DNA from: a virus | Lineage: Duplodnaviria > Caudoviricetes | Virus record (IMG/VR): IMGVR_UViG_3300033066_001054 | Strand: one strand, 5' to 3' | DNA length: 64,000 nucleotides | In this document: positions 10,305 through 20,600 of the stretch, one piece after another | Position numbering within the stretch: position 1 is the first letter of the stretch | How the letters are laid out: the number at the start of each line of letters is the position of its first letter | Translations under genes and position numbers: made by a program | The notes under the pieces: model-generated | Told to the model about the DNA's origin: nothing | What the model saw: only the letters and a program-made list of their open reading frames with translations | Database searches by the model: none

Positions 10305-11543
10305 ATGGCAGACCGCATATTTATCAACAAAGACTCAGGTCAATACAGTGAGCGAGAGCTCAATCGTATTGACTGGAGCCAGGTTCGAGACGGCATGCTC
10401 GAGGCTCGAAAGGCTGCGAATGCTGGCAAGAACCTAAACCCGTTCGGTATGGTTACCGGACTACTTGACACTAGACTGGCACAGTTTGAGGGAGATGAGA
10501 GTTTCGAATCTCCTGCAATGGGCATGCCAGAAGAGCCAAGCGACGAATCACGCATTCAAATGATTGCTGATGCAGTTGCAAGTGGACAAGACCTTGACAC
10601 AAAGGACGCACAGTTTGGTCTCGATAATGTTGAGGCCGTTGCAGCTAAAGCTGGCATGGAACCAGAAGCAGTTGCAAATACGCTTCAAGATTATGTTGGA
10701 CTCAACATGGACGAGGCTCCGATGGAAGAAGGCGGCGTAGATGAGTTCGCATCGGAAGATGGCGAGCCGGCTATGGAAACCTTCGCCTCTCGTATAGCTA
10801 AGAAGAAGTTGCCTGCTGCTTTGGAGAAATTCAAATTCAAGCAAAAGGGCGGCGATAATCCTGAAAAGCACGAGGACAAAGACAAAGAGGAAAAGGAAGA
10901 AGAGGACGACGAAGGTGCAGAAGCTATGCTTCGCAAGGGTGACGAGCGCAAGGCTGGTCGCAAAATCGTCTTCACAAACCCCGCTCAATTGAGCGCGGCC
11001 GCTGTTGAAGCTGCACGCGCCGCTGGTGACGAAGAGTTGGTTCGTGCAACATTGGCTGCACGTGCCGAACGACGAGTTGCCATTGGTCAACTTGCCGCTG
11101 AAGCAACCCTTGAGCAAATCACTCGAGAGGCAAAAAGCAAGCGCCGAGCCGCCACCGCAACCAAGGTGGAAAAACCAAAAGAGGTAAAAGCTAACGTGAA
11201 AACAGACAAAACAACAACCGGCGAAGACTTTGTCAAGCCCACAGAACTTAGCACTGGTCAAAAATCGGCGTTCGCAAGCAAGGCTCGTGAACTCGGTTTT
11301 CCTGAGAAGTACATCACCGCCTTGCTAGGCACCCGCAACGCAAACACCGTCACCGAAGATGACGTTCGACGCATTGCAGAAGGTCCTGGCAAATACCAAG
11401 AAAAGGTAGAGCGCGTGGCTTCTATGATTCGTGAAGCAAAGCTCGATGACGCTAATCGAAGCCGAATCGTCAAGTTCTGGGTTGAAGAACTCGGATACCC
11501 GGCTGACTACATCAGCAAGATGGTTGAAGATTACCAAGCGTAA
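10305..11543 (+). CDS. Hypothetical head-associated protein (acidic then basic low-complexity regions)
   Basis: 412-aa ORF with GGAGG Shine-Dalgarno, within the head gene block. Confidence 0.75.
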   Translation: MADRIFINKDSGQYSERELNRIDWSQVRDGMLEARKAANAGKNLNPFGMVTGLLDTRLAQFEGDESFESPAMGMPEEPSDESRIQMIADAVASGQDLDTKDAQFGLDNVEAVAAKAGMEPEAVANTLQDYVGLNMDEAPMEEGGVDEFASEDGEPAMETFASRIAKKKLPAALEKFKFKQKGGDNPEKHEDKDKEEKEEEDDEGAEAMLRKGDERKAGRKIVFTNPAQLSAAAVEAARAAGDEELVRATLAARAERRVAIGQLAAEATLEQITREAKSKRRAATATKVEKPKEVKANVKTDKTTTGEDFVKPTELSTGQKSAFASKARELGFPEKYITALLGTRNANTVTEDDVRRIAEGPGKYQEKVERVASMIREAKLDDANRSRIVKFWVEELGYPADYISKMVEDYQA

Positions 11544-11622
11544 CCTTTAACTCCACGATGCTATCTGGGCACAGATTCTGTCAACTGTGCCCAGAACCAA
11601 ACCAGACAGGCAGGAAAAACAA

Positions 11623-11838
11623 ATGTTGAAAACAAACAGAGTACAAAGGGTTGATGCAGGCAATATGAGTGCATTGGTTGAGGCTGTTAAAAAGCAGATG
11701 AGCAACCAAGGCGATGCTTTGAGCAAGGATGCCTCTAAACTATTAGACGGGCGCAATGGCTGTAATGGCTATAGTGCCGATGGCACGGCGCAACCCGCCA
11801 CAATGACTGGTAACGGCATTGTAATCTCAGAATTGTAA
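11623..11838 (+). CDS. Small hypothetical protein
   Basis: Fills the gap between co-oriented genes; AGGA upstream of ATG 11623 (the track starts it at 11587). Confidence 0.55.
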   Translation: MLKTNRVQRVDAGNMSALVEAVKKQMSNQGDALSKDASKLLDGRNGCNGYSADGTAQPATMTGNGIVISEL

Positions 11839-11850
11839 GAGGACAGAACA

Positions 11851-12720
11851 ATGAGAAGAGCATTCCAAAAAGTATCGGAGCAAAATCAAGCACCTGATTA
11901 TGTGTTGAAGCGTTTTGCTGCCACTGAAGATAGTCTTGAAGTAGACCCATATGAGGGTCTGCGACAACGAGCTGCCGAGAACCAACAAAGAATTGCACAT
12001 GATGAATTGGTGTACGGTCGACCCGAGGCGCCAAAGCCAACACGAGAGTGGGAGCAGGAAAGAATTGCAGACACGTATCGGCCACGGCAAATGAGCCGAA
12101 ACGCAGACAGCTTTGAACCAGAAGACCTTAGCCGTCGTTCTGTCAGGCGTGTTGAAACCGCAGAAACACACAATCCGGGCTATCGCCCAATGGAAAGTTA
12201 CAACAGTGGCGGCAACGAACTTTATGTTACCCGCATGGACGCTGAGCGAATGCTATACAACGGCGAATCGTTCTTCGACCCACAGTTGGCAGAAATTACG
12301 TCAACAATTGCCGAGCGAGATATGCGAAGGAAAGCCGAACAAGCAATGCGTGACAAGCAGTCATTGGTTGGTAGCCAGTGGGAGAAGCAGGCCACTGGCC
12401 GGGCTCGTCGCGAGCACAAGCGTGTACTTGACCGATGGAGCAATTTTGACGCAGTTAATGGTGGTTTTACCAGGGTGGCTAACGAACGAGAGGCCGCAGG
12501 CCGATTTGGTATGGCGGACCCAACTGCTGCACTACAACGAGATATGCTTCGACAAGAGGCTGTTCAAGAGCGAATGCAACGAAAAGCAGCTATCAAGGGC
12601 ATCGACCATGCCACACCAGCACAACGAAATTCATGGGAAGACGAAGTGCAATTGATGGCCGGCACAATGCAACAAGACCACTCAATGTCTTGGATTAGCG
12701 ACTTCTTCAAAGGTAAGTAA
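11851..12720 (+). CDS. Hypothetical Arg/Glu-rich protein
   Basis: 289-aa ORF, GAGGA upstream, tightly packed. Confidence 0.75.
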   Translation: MRRAFQKVSEQNQAPDYVLKRFAATEDSLEVDPYEGLRQRAAENQQRIAHDELVYGRPEAPKPTREWEQERIADTYRPRQMSRNADSFEPEDLSRRSVRRVETAETHNPGYRPMESYNSGGNELYVTRMDAERMLYNGESFFDPQLAEITSTIAERDMRRKAEQAMRDKQSLVGSQWEKQATGRARREHKRVLDRWSNFDAVNGGFTRVANEREAAGRFGMADPTAALQRDMLRQEAVQERMQRKAAIKGIDHATPAQRNSWEDEVQLMAGTMQQDHSMSWISDFFKGK

Positions 12721-12722
12721 TT

Positions 12723-13661
12723 ATGGACGGGATGCTTTTGAATTCGCCTGGTGGTTCTGATGGGCTTGTTGATTACGACAAGCTCAAAACCACGTTGCGC
12801 GACATACAAAATGCACCCAGTGAGAAGGCTGCGGTTTTCATCCAGCAACTTCCGCAAAGTACCGGAGATGAATTCCTTGATTCCAAAATTGAGGCAGTCA
12901 AATATTTGGCGGGACCTACCGGAAACGTTAAGAGTGAGGGAGACGGCAACATGAGCGATGTTATCAATGAAATACAGATGTACATTGACAACAAATCCAA
13001 AGAGCCAAAACCACAAAATGGAGTAGCTATGGCAGACAATACGTTTAACTGGGTTCGATATTGCCAACAGAAACAAGAGACTGAGACAAGTCCTTCTTCT
13101 AAGAAGACGAAGAAGACCAAGGCAAACCCATTTCGAGTTTTGATGGGGATGGTCGGAAAACTTCTTGACCACGGTGTGCCCAAGCCCACTGTTGTCCGAC
13201 ACGTAACCAAAAACACTAGCTTTGATGAACCAACAGTCGACCGTGCTGTAGACATTGTGCGCGAATACAATCGAAAACAACAACGACACGACCATGTTGA
13301 ACCAGAAATTGACATGGAAGAAGGTAAGCAGCCAGAAAAGCGCGATGTTGACGCCACGTTCAACTATGTAAAATACATCGAGGCGCAAAAAGCGGCAAGT
13401 GCCGGTGAAAGCCGAGAGCTGTACAACGCAGAACCACAATGGGAGAAGCGTTCGACTGCCGAGTTGTTCTCTCGTCTTGGATGGTTAAACTCACTTATGG
13501 GCTATGACAGCAATTCTCCGCTTGGAGACGGCAAAAAAGCAGCAGATAAGCAGGGTGCTAACGCTCAAATGGACAAAATTACATCAGAACTGCAACGTCG
13601 TGGGTTTAATCGAGAAGAGATTGACTCCTTGTTGCAAGTTAGAGGCGCAACCAAGGGATAG
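12723..13661 (+). CDS. Hypothetical protein
   Basis: 312-aa ORF; internal FNWVRYCQ and FNYVKYIEAQ motifs. Confidence 0.75.
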   Translation: MDGMLLNSPGGSDGLVDYDKLKTTLRDIQNAPSEKAAVFIQQLPQSTGDEFLDSKIEAVKYLAGPTGNVKSEGDGNMSDVINEIQMYIDNKSKEPKPQNGVAMADNTFNWVRYCQQKQETETSPSSKKTKKTKANPFRVLMGMVGKLLDHGVPKPTVVRHVTKNTSFDEPTVDRAVDIVREYNRKQQRHDHVEPEIDMEEGKQPEKRDVDATFNYVKYIEAQKAASAGESRELYNAEPQWEKRSTAELFSRLGWLNSLMGYDSNSPLGDGKKAADKQGANAQMDKITSELQRRGFNREEIDSLLQVRGATKG

Positions 13662-13663
13662 TC

Positions 13664-14815
13664 ATGAGCAAAGAACACAAGAAGACCGACAAGGAAAAAG
13701 CACCAAAGAAAACAAACATTGAAGAGTTTGTTTGTCAGATGCTGGAAAGACTCAATGGCGCACTGAAGCAAATGCAAAAGTCGGTTGAGCATGAACCACT
13801 GGATTTGCCCGATGCTATCGGGCCGGCCACTGATGATGTACTTAAGGATGCCGCCGACAGCGCACCAGTAACCAAGGTGCGTAAGCTCATTGTAATTCCG
13901 GGTGGTGACAAGGGCAAGGTAGAAGAACTCATGGACAAATTGATGTCAGCACGAGAGGCAGATATCAATAACGGATTGCGCACCGTATTTGCACAAGTAC
14001 ACAAGGCAAAAACCAGTGGAGATGTTGCATATCAAATGCAAGCTGTTCGCTCACTTGACACATTGATTAGAGAAGCAAGCAGTGATACTAAAGAAGCATT
14101 ATCCAAAGTACGAAGCCTCGTCTTATCAGGCGACCAAGCGCAACTTGATGCCGCAAATTTCAGATTGCGAAATGTATTCGCGTCTCGTGTTAGCACAGAG
14201 TCAAATACTCGACTCGCGTACACCTCATTATCGACTCAATTTGGAGAAGGTTATCAGCTATGCCCTAAGTCTGTACATCAGATTGGCAAGGCGATTCCTA
14301 TGGAGATTTCTAAGTGCCGCGACAACTGTATAGACTGTCGTGTGACACGTGACGGCGCAGTAACTTGCGCATATGCCGATTGGCTCAGAAAGTCTGCGGA
14401 CAATCACGAATTGGTTGAGGCACGATTGGAGCGCGTCAAGCACAATCTAAACGGAACAACACTGAACAAAATTGGTGCTCCGGACCCAATTAAGAACTGG
14501 GAAGGGCAATTAGAAGAAATTCGAGATAAGTACCCCGAGGCCAAAGAAAAGTCAATGGAAACCACGCTTGGCGACACAGACAAAGGTTTGTTTGGTCACC
14601 AGGGCGAAGCTATCAAGCGAATTCAAGAGCTACTCGAATCCAAGAAAGATTCAGGCAAGACACGAGAAGAGGCACTTGAGACTGACCACACAAACGAAGA
14701 TTATGATGACGAGACGCTTGAGCAGATGCTCGAGGACGAGCGAGAACCGTTCAACGAACAAGAACTCGACATGATGATTGAAGAGTTACTGTCAGACTCA
14801 AGAAACAAGGAGTAA
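13664..14815 (+). CDS. Hypothetical protein with Cys cluster and C-terminal ExxL acidic repeats
   Basis: CPK...CRDNCIDC...C cluster; repeats WEGQLEE, METTLGD, REEALET, LEQMLED, IEELLSD. Confidence 0.75.
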   Translation: MSKEHKKTDKEKAPKKTNIEEFVCQMLERLNGALKQMQKSVEHEPLDLPDAIGPATDDVLKDAADSAPVTKVRKLIVIPGGDKGKVEELMDKLMSAREADINNGLRTVFAQVHKAKTSGDVAYQMQAVRSLDTLIREASSDTKEALSKVRSLVLSGDQAQLDAANFRLRNVFASRVSTESNTRLAYTSLSTQFGEGYQLCPKSVHQIGKAIPMEISKCRDNCIDCRVTRDGAVTCAYADWLRKSADNHELVEARLERVKHNLNGTTLNKIGAPDPIKNWEGQLEEIRDKYPEAKEKSMETTLGDTDKGLFGHQGEAIKRIQELLESKKDSGKTREEALETDHTNEDYDDETLEQMLEDEREPFNEQELDMMIEELLSDSRNKE

Positions 14816-14820
14816 GAGCA

Positions 14821-15159
14821 GTGTGGTACAAATTCGCCAACCAATACGGTGAACCCACACCATTTATTCCAGAACCGACTCGCTCTTTGGGTTCTAATGA
14901 ACAAGAGGCACTTGCTGACGCCATGGACATGCCTGCGCTAGAGAAGCGAATCAAAGAACTGGCAAATCCCAAGAAAGACCCGTACAAGCAAACACTTGAA
15001 GGTCAACTCGCAGACCTTCACCATGAAAACAAAAACATGCTGGACCCCAATGGCGAAGAGGCAGATGCTTTGTGGCGAGGCTGGGGTATCAAAGCGCAAA
15101 GCGATGCAACATCACCAGATAAGAACTGGCCAGCGTCGTTAAGCAAGGTACAAGTTTAA
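14821..15159 (+). CDS. Small hypothetical protein (MWYKFA start)
   Basis: 112-aa ORF, AGGAG upstream of GTG. Confidence 0.7.
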   Translation: MWYKFANQYGEPTPFIPEPTRSLGSNEQEALADAMDMPALEKRIKELANPKKDPYKQTLEGQLADLHHENKNMLDPNGEEADALWRGWGIKAQSDATSPDKNWPASLSKVQV

Positions 15160-15180
15160 TATTGCTGTACAAGTTGTATC

Positions 15181-17562
15181 ATGAGGAAAGACGGACAAAA
15201 TGCACCGCGCCTACAGAGTGTTATTACTGAAGCTGTAGAACGAGTCAGTAACATACAACCGAGAAACACCATTGGTGCTCGAGAACACCCTACTATTCGC
15301 AGTGCTCGCTCATCATCAGATGTAAAGAGAGACATTCGCGCTCGATACGCATTTGTTAACGGTGGTCAAAACACCATTACAACCGCGCCCAATTTTTACA
15401 CCCCGTTCACGACACCAAGCTCTTTTCAGATTCCAACAAACAGAATCGAAGAGTATTTATGGGCACAATGGTTCTTTGATAACGAACCTGCTGTTGCGGC
15501 CTCAATTGAGTTCTATACAGATTTTCCGCTTTCTGGTTTTCAGCTAGAGTGCGGAAACTCTAAGGTTCTTGAGTTCTATCAGCAGATGGTCAAAGATTTG
15601 GATTTTGCCAGATTACTTCCGCTGATTAGCCAAGAATACCATCTCCGAGGCGACGTATTTGTATATGCATCGCTTGATTGTGAGCATTGTGGCGGCACAG
15701 GCGTCGACCAAGATACACATGAACCATGCGAACACCTTGGTGCCAAATGGAAAAGCATCACACTGTTGAACCCCACTCAAGTAGAACTTAGTCCATCCAT
15801 GATGGACATGCAACCAATCTACTATTACATGCCAGATGAAGGCATGAAAAAGGTCGTTCAAGAAAGAAAGCCAATTGCAACATATAAGTCAATTCCAGAT
15901 GCAATCAAGGCTTATATCATGAAGAATGAGCCAATTCCTTTAGACCCAGTGTGTATCCACCACTTTAAGAGAGGTGCGGCACCTTGGCAACCATTCGGCC
16001 GCAGTATGGTGCGAAGGCTATTCCCCACACTGGTATACAAAGACAAGCTGCGACAAGCACAGTATCTTGTTGCGGAAAGACATATTTTGCCGTTCAAGAT
16101 TGCCAAGTTGGGCAATGACGACCGACCAGCCAGCGAGCAAGACCTTGAAATGATTGCAGAGGAAATTGCCAATGTTGCCAACGACCCGTTGATGACAATG
16201 ATTGCACCTCACACATTTGAACTCGATTATGTCGGAGCAAGTGGCAAAGTACTACAGCTTACAAATGAATTCGAACTTATCAATCAAGATATTTTCGATG
16301 GGTTTATGCTTAACAAGGCCCTGCTTAATGGAGAAGGTCCTTCGTATGCCAACGCACAAGTTGGTCTGCTCAGTATGGGTCAAAGACTCAATAAGCTGCG
16401 CGGAGAAATCGCGCACTGGATTGAAGAAAACCTGTTCAAGCCAGTTGCAGAGTGGAATGGATTTGAAGTTGACAACAAGCGCGGTGGAACCAAGCTGGTT
16501 TACCCCACAGTAAAGTGGGATGATTTGCAGCTACGAGACAACACCAATCTGCTTCAGATTGCTATGCAGGCACGGCAAGCCGGCGACCTGTCTTCGCAGA
16601 CAATGCTTGGGCTCATGGATATTAACTATGACCAAGAAATTGAAAGACTGCGTATGGAAAACAGCTATTCAGTCTCTACATCTCCAATGTTGCCTGCCGG
16701 CGAAATGGGTAATGGATACCGAGGTCCAATGGGTGGAGGAATGCCACCAATGGGTGGAGGAATGCCACCAATGGGCGGTGGAATGCCGCCGATGGATGGA
16801 GGTATGGGTATGCCACCGGCTGCGCCTGGTGGAATGCCACAAATGCCAATGGCGTCAAGCAATACTCCAGAAGAGAACTATCGAGAGGCTGTGTCATTCA
16901 CTAATGCAATACACGATAGCGTTCGCACCAGCTTCTACAATCATACACGCGAAGTTTACGCCAACAAGTACAAGTCTGAAGCGCATCGACACTTTATTGA
17001 ATCGCAATGTCCAATTGATGGCACCGGATTCAGAGGTGCATTAGCCACAGAACTCAGTCCGTTGATTGACCCCCTAGATGACCATGGTCAATATCATGGT
17101 GGAGACGAATCGGTTCCTATGAATCCTCTTGCAATGCAAGAACGACAAAGCGATGTATCAAACGGTTGGATTCGCGAGGCCAGAAAACCATCCAAAGATG
17201 AAGAGTTCAGACCAAGTCCGTATCAGAAATTCACAAGCTGGGAAAACAAACTATACGGAATCGTTTTGAGCATCAATCCTCCACTACCGTTCTATGCACA
17301 ATACGCTGCTGGTCCGGATGACCAGTATAGGCTTGATGGCGCGTTCCCTGATATTCAATTGGGCGTTGAGGCCGATAGTGAAACCTATCATTCAACTCCA
17401 GAATATATTGAAAGAGACCGCTACCGAGATTCACAATTGGCAGCACAGGGCTGGACCTTGTTGCGATTTACAGAGAACGAGCTTAAGGAAAGACCAGACG
17501 AGGTTCAGGCGTTAATTATGCGCACCATCCAGCATCTAATCAAGCGCAAGCTCGGAAACTAA
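15181..17562 (+). CDS. Portal protein with C-terminal DUF559/Vsr-like endonuclease domain
   Basis: Lies before protease-scaffold-MCP; portal-like segments (EPAVAASIEFYTDFP, EYHLRGDVF, IHHFKR...PFGRSMV, WDDLQLRD); the C-terminus YRLDGAFPDIQLGVEADSETYH...RDRYRDSQLAAQGWTLLRF fits DUF559. Confidence 0.8.
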   Translation: MRKDGQNAPRLQSVITEAVERVSNIQPRNTIGAREHPTIRSARSSSDVKRDIRARYAFVNGGQNTITTAPNFYTPFTTPSSFQIPTNRIEEYLWAQWFFDNEPAVAASIEFYTDFPLSGFQLECGNSKVLEFYQQMVKDLDFARLLPLISQEYHLRGDVFVYASLDCEHCGGTGVDQDTHEPCEHLGAKWKSITLLNPTQVELSPSMMDMQPIYYYMPDEGMKKVVQERKPIATYKSIPDAIKAYIMKNEPIPLDPVCIHHFKRGAAPWQPFGRSMVRRLFPTLVYKDKLRQAQYLVAERHILPFKIAKLGNDDRPASEQDLEMIAEEIANVANDPLMTMIAPHTFELDYVGASGKVLQLTNEFELINQDIFDGFMLNKALLNGEGPSYANAQVGLLSMGQRLNKLRGEIAHWIEENLFKPVAEWNGFEVDNKRGGTKLVYPTVKWDDLQLRDNTNLLQIAMQARQAGDLSSQTMLGLMDINYDQEIERLRMENSYSVSTSPMLPAGEMGNGYRGPMGGGMPPMGGGMPPMGGGMPPMDGGMGMPPAAPGGMPQMPMASSNTPEENYREAVSFTNAIHDSVRTSFYNHTREVYANKYKSEAHRHFIESQCPIDGTGFRGALATELSPLIDPLDDHGQYHGGDESVPMNPLAMQERQSDVSNGWIREARKPSKDEEFRPSPYQKFTSWENKLYGIVLSINPPLPFYAQYAAGPDDQYRLDGAFPDIQLGVEADSETYHSTPEYIERDRYRDSQLAAQGWTLLRFTENELKERPDEVQALIMRTIQHLIKRKLGN
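16726..16809 (+). repeat. 21-bp tandem repeat (PMGGGMP), about 4 copies, in the portal linker
   Basis: ccaatgggtggaggaatgcca twice exact, then two degenerate copies. Confidence 0.9.
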
Positions 17563-17563
17563 C

Positions 17564-17590
17564 AAATTGGCGGCTTTCGCCGCCAATTTT
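17564..17590 (+). terminator. Intrinsic terminator-like hairpin after portal
   Basis: aaattggcggc-tttc-gccgccaattt followed by T-rich sequence. Confidence 0.8.
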
Positions 17591-17619
17591 ACTTATTCCA
17601 GACGATTTTTTGAAAACAA

Positions 17620-17647
17620 GTAGGTCTAACACCAAACATTACCGAAC
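17620..17647 (+). promoter_or_regulatory. Putative phage promoter GTAGGT-N16-CCGAAC
   Basis: Between the portal terminator and the protease start. Confidence 0.5.
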
Positions 17648-17692
17648 GCACATATAGACGGTAACTTTTCAAAAAGTTGTTTTGGAGCAAGC

Positions 17693-20600
17693 ATGTTACG
17701 AAAGGGCATATCAGGAAGCCTCATTGGGCGCAATCAAATAGAATTCATTGACCCTGCCGAGGCTCGGCGGGTAATCATTGCTGCCAAAAAGGGTAAACAA
17801 AGCCTGTACGCAGACCCATCAGATGTACTGAATCGAGACGTTGACGGCGATTTCGATTTGTTGAAAGAAATGAACGACCGCCAGGGATACAATCTCTTGT
17901 GGGTCAGATGCCGTGCAATTGACGCAGACACAGTCAACGCAAACGGCGATTACTTCTCAGCAGAAGAACTTCTTAAAGAAGTCATTCACAACGGCAAAAA
18001 GGTCCCGGCCTACAAAACATTTGAAGGCTGCCCAATCCACACCAATCATGATAACAAAGACATCATGAAGGCCAAGGGTGAGGTCGTCTATGCAGAGTGG
18101 GACGATAAAAACCAGTGCGTGTGGTGTACGTTCTACATCTCAGAAGACGCATACCCAGAGATTGCCAATGGTATTCGTATTGGTATGATGAGCGATGTCT
18201 CAATGGGATGCACGGTCGAAAGCGGCTTGTGTTCTGTTTGTGGCAAAGAAGCCGTTCGTGTTGATGACTACTGCGAGCACCTTAAGAAATACAAAGGCAA
18301 GAGATTGCCTGGCACGAACACTAAGGTATACGAAAAGAACAAGGGTATCAAGTTTATTGAACTTTCGCTGGTCAATGATGGCGCATTTGACAGTTGTGCA
18401 ATTAGCGAACTATACGACCAAGACGAGCTAACCCAAAAAGCGCTTGAACTCAATCGCAGAGTTGCAGAAATTCGAAATCATGTTTTGACCGCTGGTCATC
18501 TTACGGCCGGAATGACGCCATCTGTGCGCAACGCATATGAAGGCATGTTGAGAACTGTCGTCAGTACAACAACAACTGCTGTCAGAGTAGCACAGACGCA
18601 AGTAGACAATCCGCAATTGCTGGCCACTAATGGCGCAAATGCCAATTCTACCGTTGCTGGAATTTTGAAAGCACTGGGAATGGATGCTAGGCAACAACTC
18701 AATGTACTTGACTTGCTTAATGTTGCGCTTAACTTCCTAGAAGTGGCAATTATGCAAATGTTCACACGCAAAGACAATGTTGATTTGCAACATGTGTCAA
18801 AGATTGCCAAAGCGATGTCTGACCTTCAAGGCACAATGCAAGACCTGATTGATGACGGTGTTGATTCACCGGTCGGAGCAACAGCGGGTACTGGTGGTGC
18901 CGCAGGCACATTACTTAATCCAGGTGGTGGTCAAACAGGACAAGCACCTGCTGGTCAAACACCGGGGCAGCCAGCACAACCATATAGCCCGGCAGAAGGT
19001 GGTGTCGGACAAATGATGTCACCTGTTCAAGTGAGTGAAAGGTCATTCACTACTGAAAAACCACTCAACCCCTTACTTGGTGCAAGCAATAAACACCAAT
19101 TGGTATGGGCAAACAAGGATGGTTCAGAGGAGCGCGAAGTATACGCATCGCGAAAATCTGGCACCGATAATATAGAACGATTTGGTCAAAGTCTATTGGC
19201 TTTGGCCGAAAGCGTTGGGGCTGGCCCACTGGCGGCACCAATGTCCACACGTGCCGCTAATAACGAGCAACCAGTGAGAAGCACCAAGAAAGTGCAAAAC
19301 AACGGAGACACAACCAAGATGAAAAACCCATTCCAGAGAATCGCAAGCAAATTGCGTGAAAGGAAGCCACTCGAAGTCTCGTTCTCAGCAGAGGCTCACA
19401 GTCCTGATACCAACCACAGAATTGTAGTTTCAACGAGAGGAGATATTGAAGGCTACTATATGAACCGGCTCGCCAATTGGAAGCCGCAACTCAGCGACGA
19501 CATCATTAGTGCAATTGAACAAGAGAATCTTGATTTTGCGCTTCCTGTTTTAATGGAAGACTTCCAGAATCATGTTCGAACTGCACAAGCCAAAAACATT
19601 GACATTTGGTCAGATATTGACCTTGAGCCAGAAGGCGAAAAGGATGTCAAAGAAAACGCACTTGAGGGTGAACGACACCCAGTAAAGGGCGAAGGCGAAA
19701 TCATTGATAGCTATGTCAAGACAAAGCGAACAGAACCCGCTGGTGACAGAACCAGAGAGGATGAACTTGAAGCCAAAAGAACAGGCACGGATTCTAAGGT
19801 CAAAGAAGAGTTGCTCGAAAACGCTGGTCTGTATGCACGTCGAGACAATGGCCAGGAAGTACACGACTTCCTAGTTGACGACGCACGCTGTGGATGCCCC
19901 GACGAACATATTGAAGAGAGACTCAAGGGTCGACATGGTCGCAATGACAAGGTGGAAACACGCAAACTCGCAAGCAATATCGCTACCGAACTCGGTCGCG
20001 CCGCTTATGCTGCTCGCGTAACACCAGAAGAGATTATCGAAGTCTCTACAAAGATTGCACAACGAGAAGACCTTGAGGAACTAATCGCATTAGCATCTCT
20101 GGGTACAGATACTCGAGAGCGAACTGCTCAACGACACGCATTCTTTAACAACTCATCTGTAATGCTGGGTGCAGAGAACGCTATCTATCACGGTCTCGGC
20201 AAGATTGTCAGTGATGACATCAAAGCCGGCGACGTTGTCGATGGTCTTCGTGCAGTGATTAGTGAGCGAGAACTCGCTGGCAAATTGATTACTCGAATTG
20301 CCAAAACAATGGTTGAAAACTCACCAACAACTTATGCCGATGTTGTGGTCAAAGCATCTCGTGAAGAACAACTGCGAACTGCTTTGAATTCTCTTGCAGA
20401 TGGCGAGACTGAAACTAGTCGAGGTCATCTCAAGGCCGTGCTTTGCGCTCTAGCAGGAGCTGCAGACGAGTGCCAAGCCGCACCTGAAGAAGTTATCAAT
20501 GTGATTGCATCACGCAATCCTGGTGAAATCTTCGAAACACTCGGCATGTACAACAGCGCAAGTGCCCGAGAGGCACGCAAGACCCTTCGACAAAGAGAAG

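Noticed and set aside
17200-17562. Intein in the portal
   Set aside because: The nuclease-like domain is terminal, and no C/S...HN-C/S/T splice junctions flank it.
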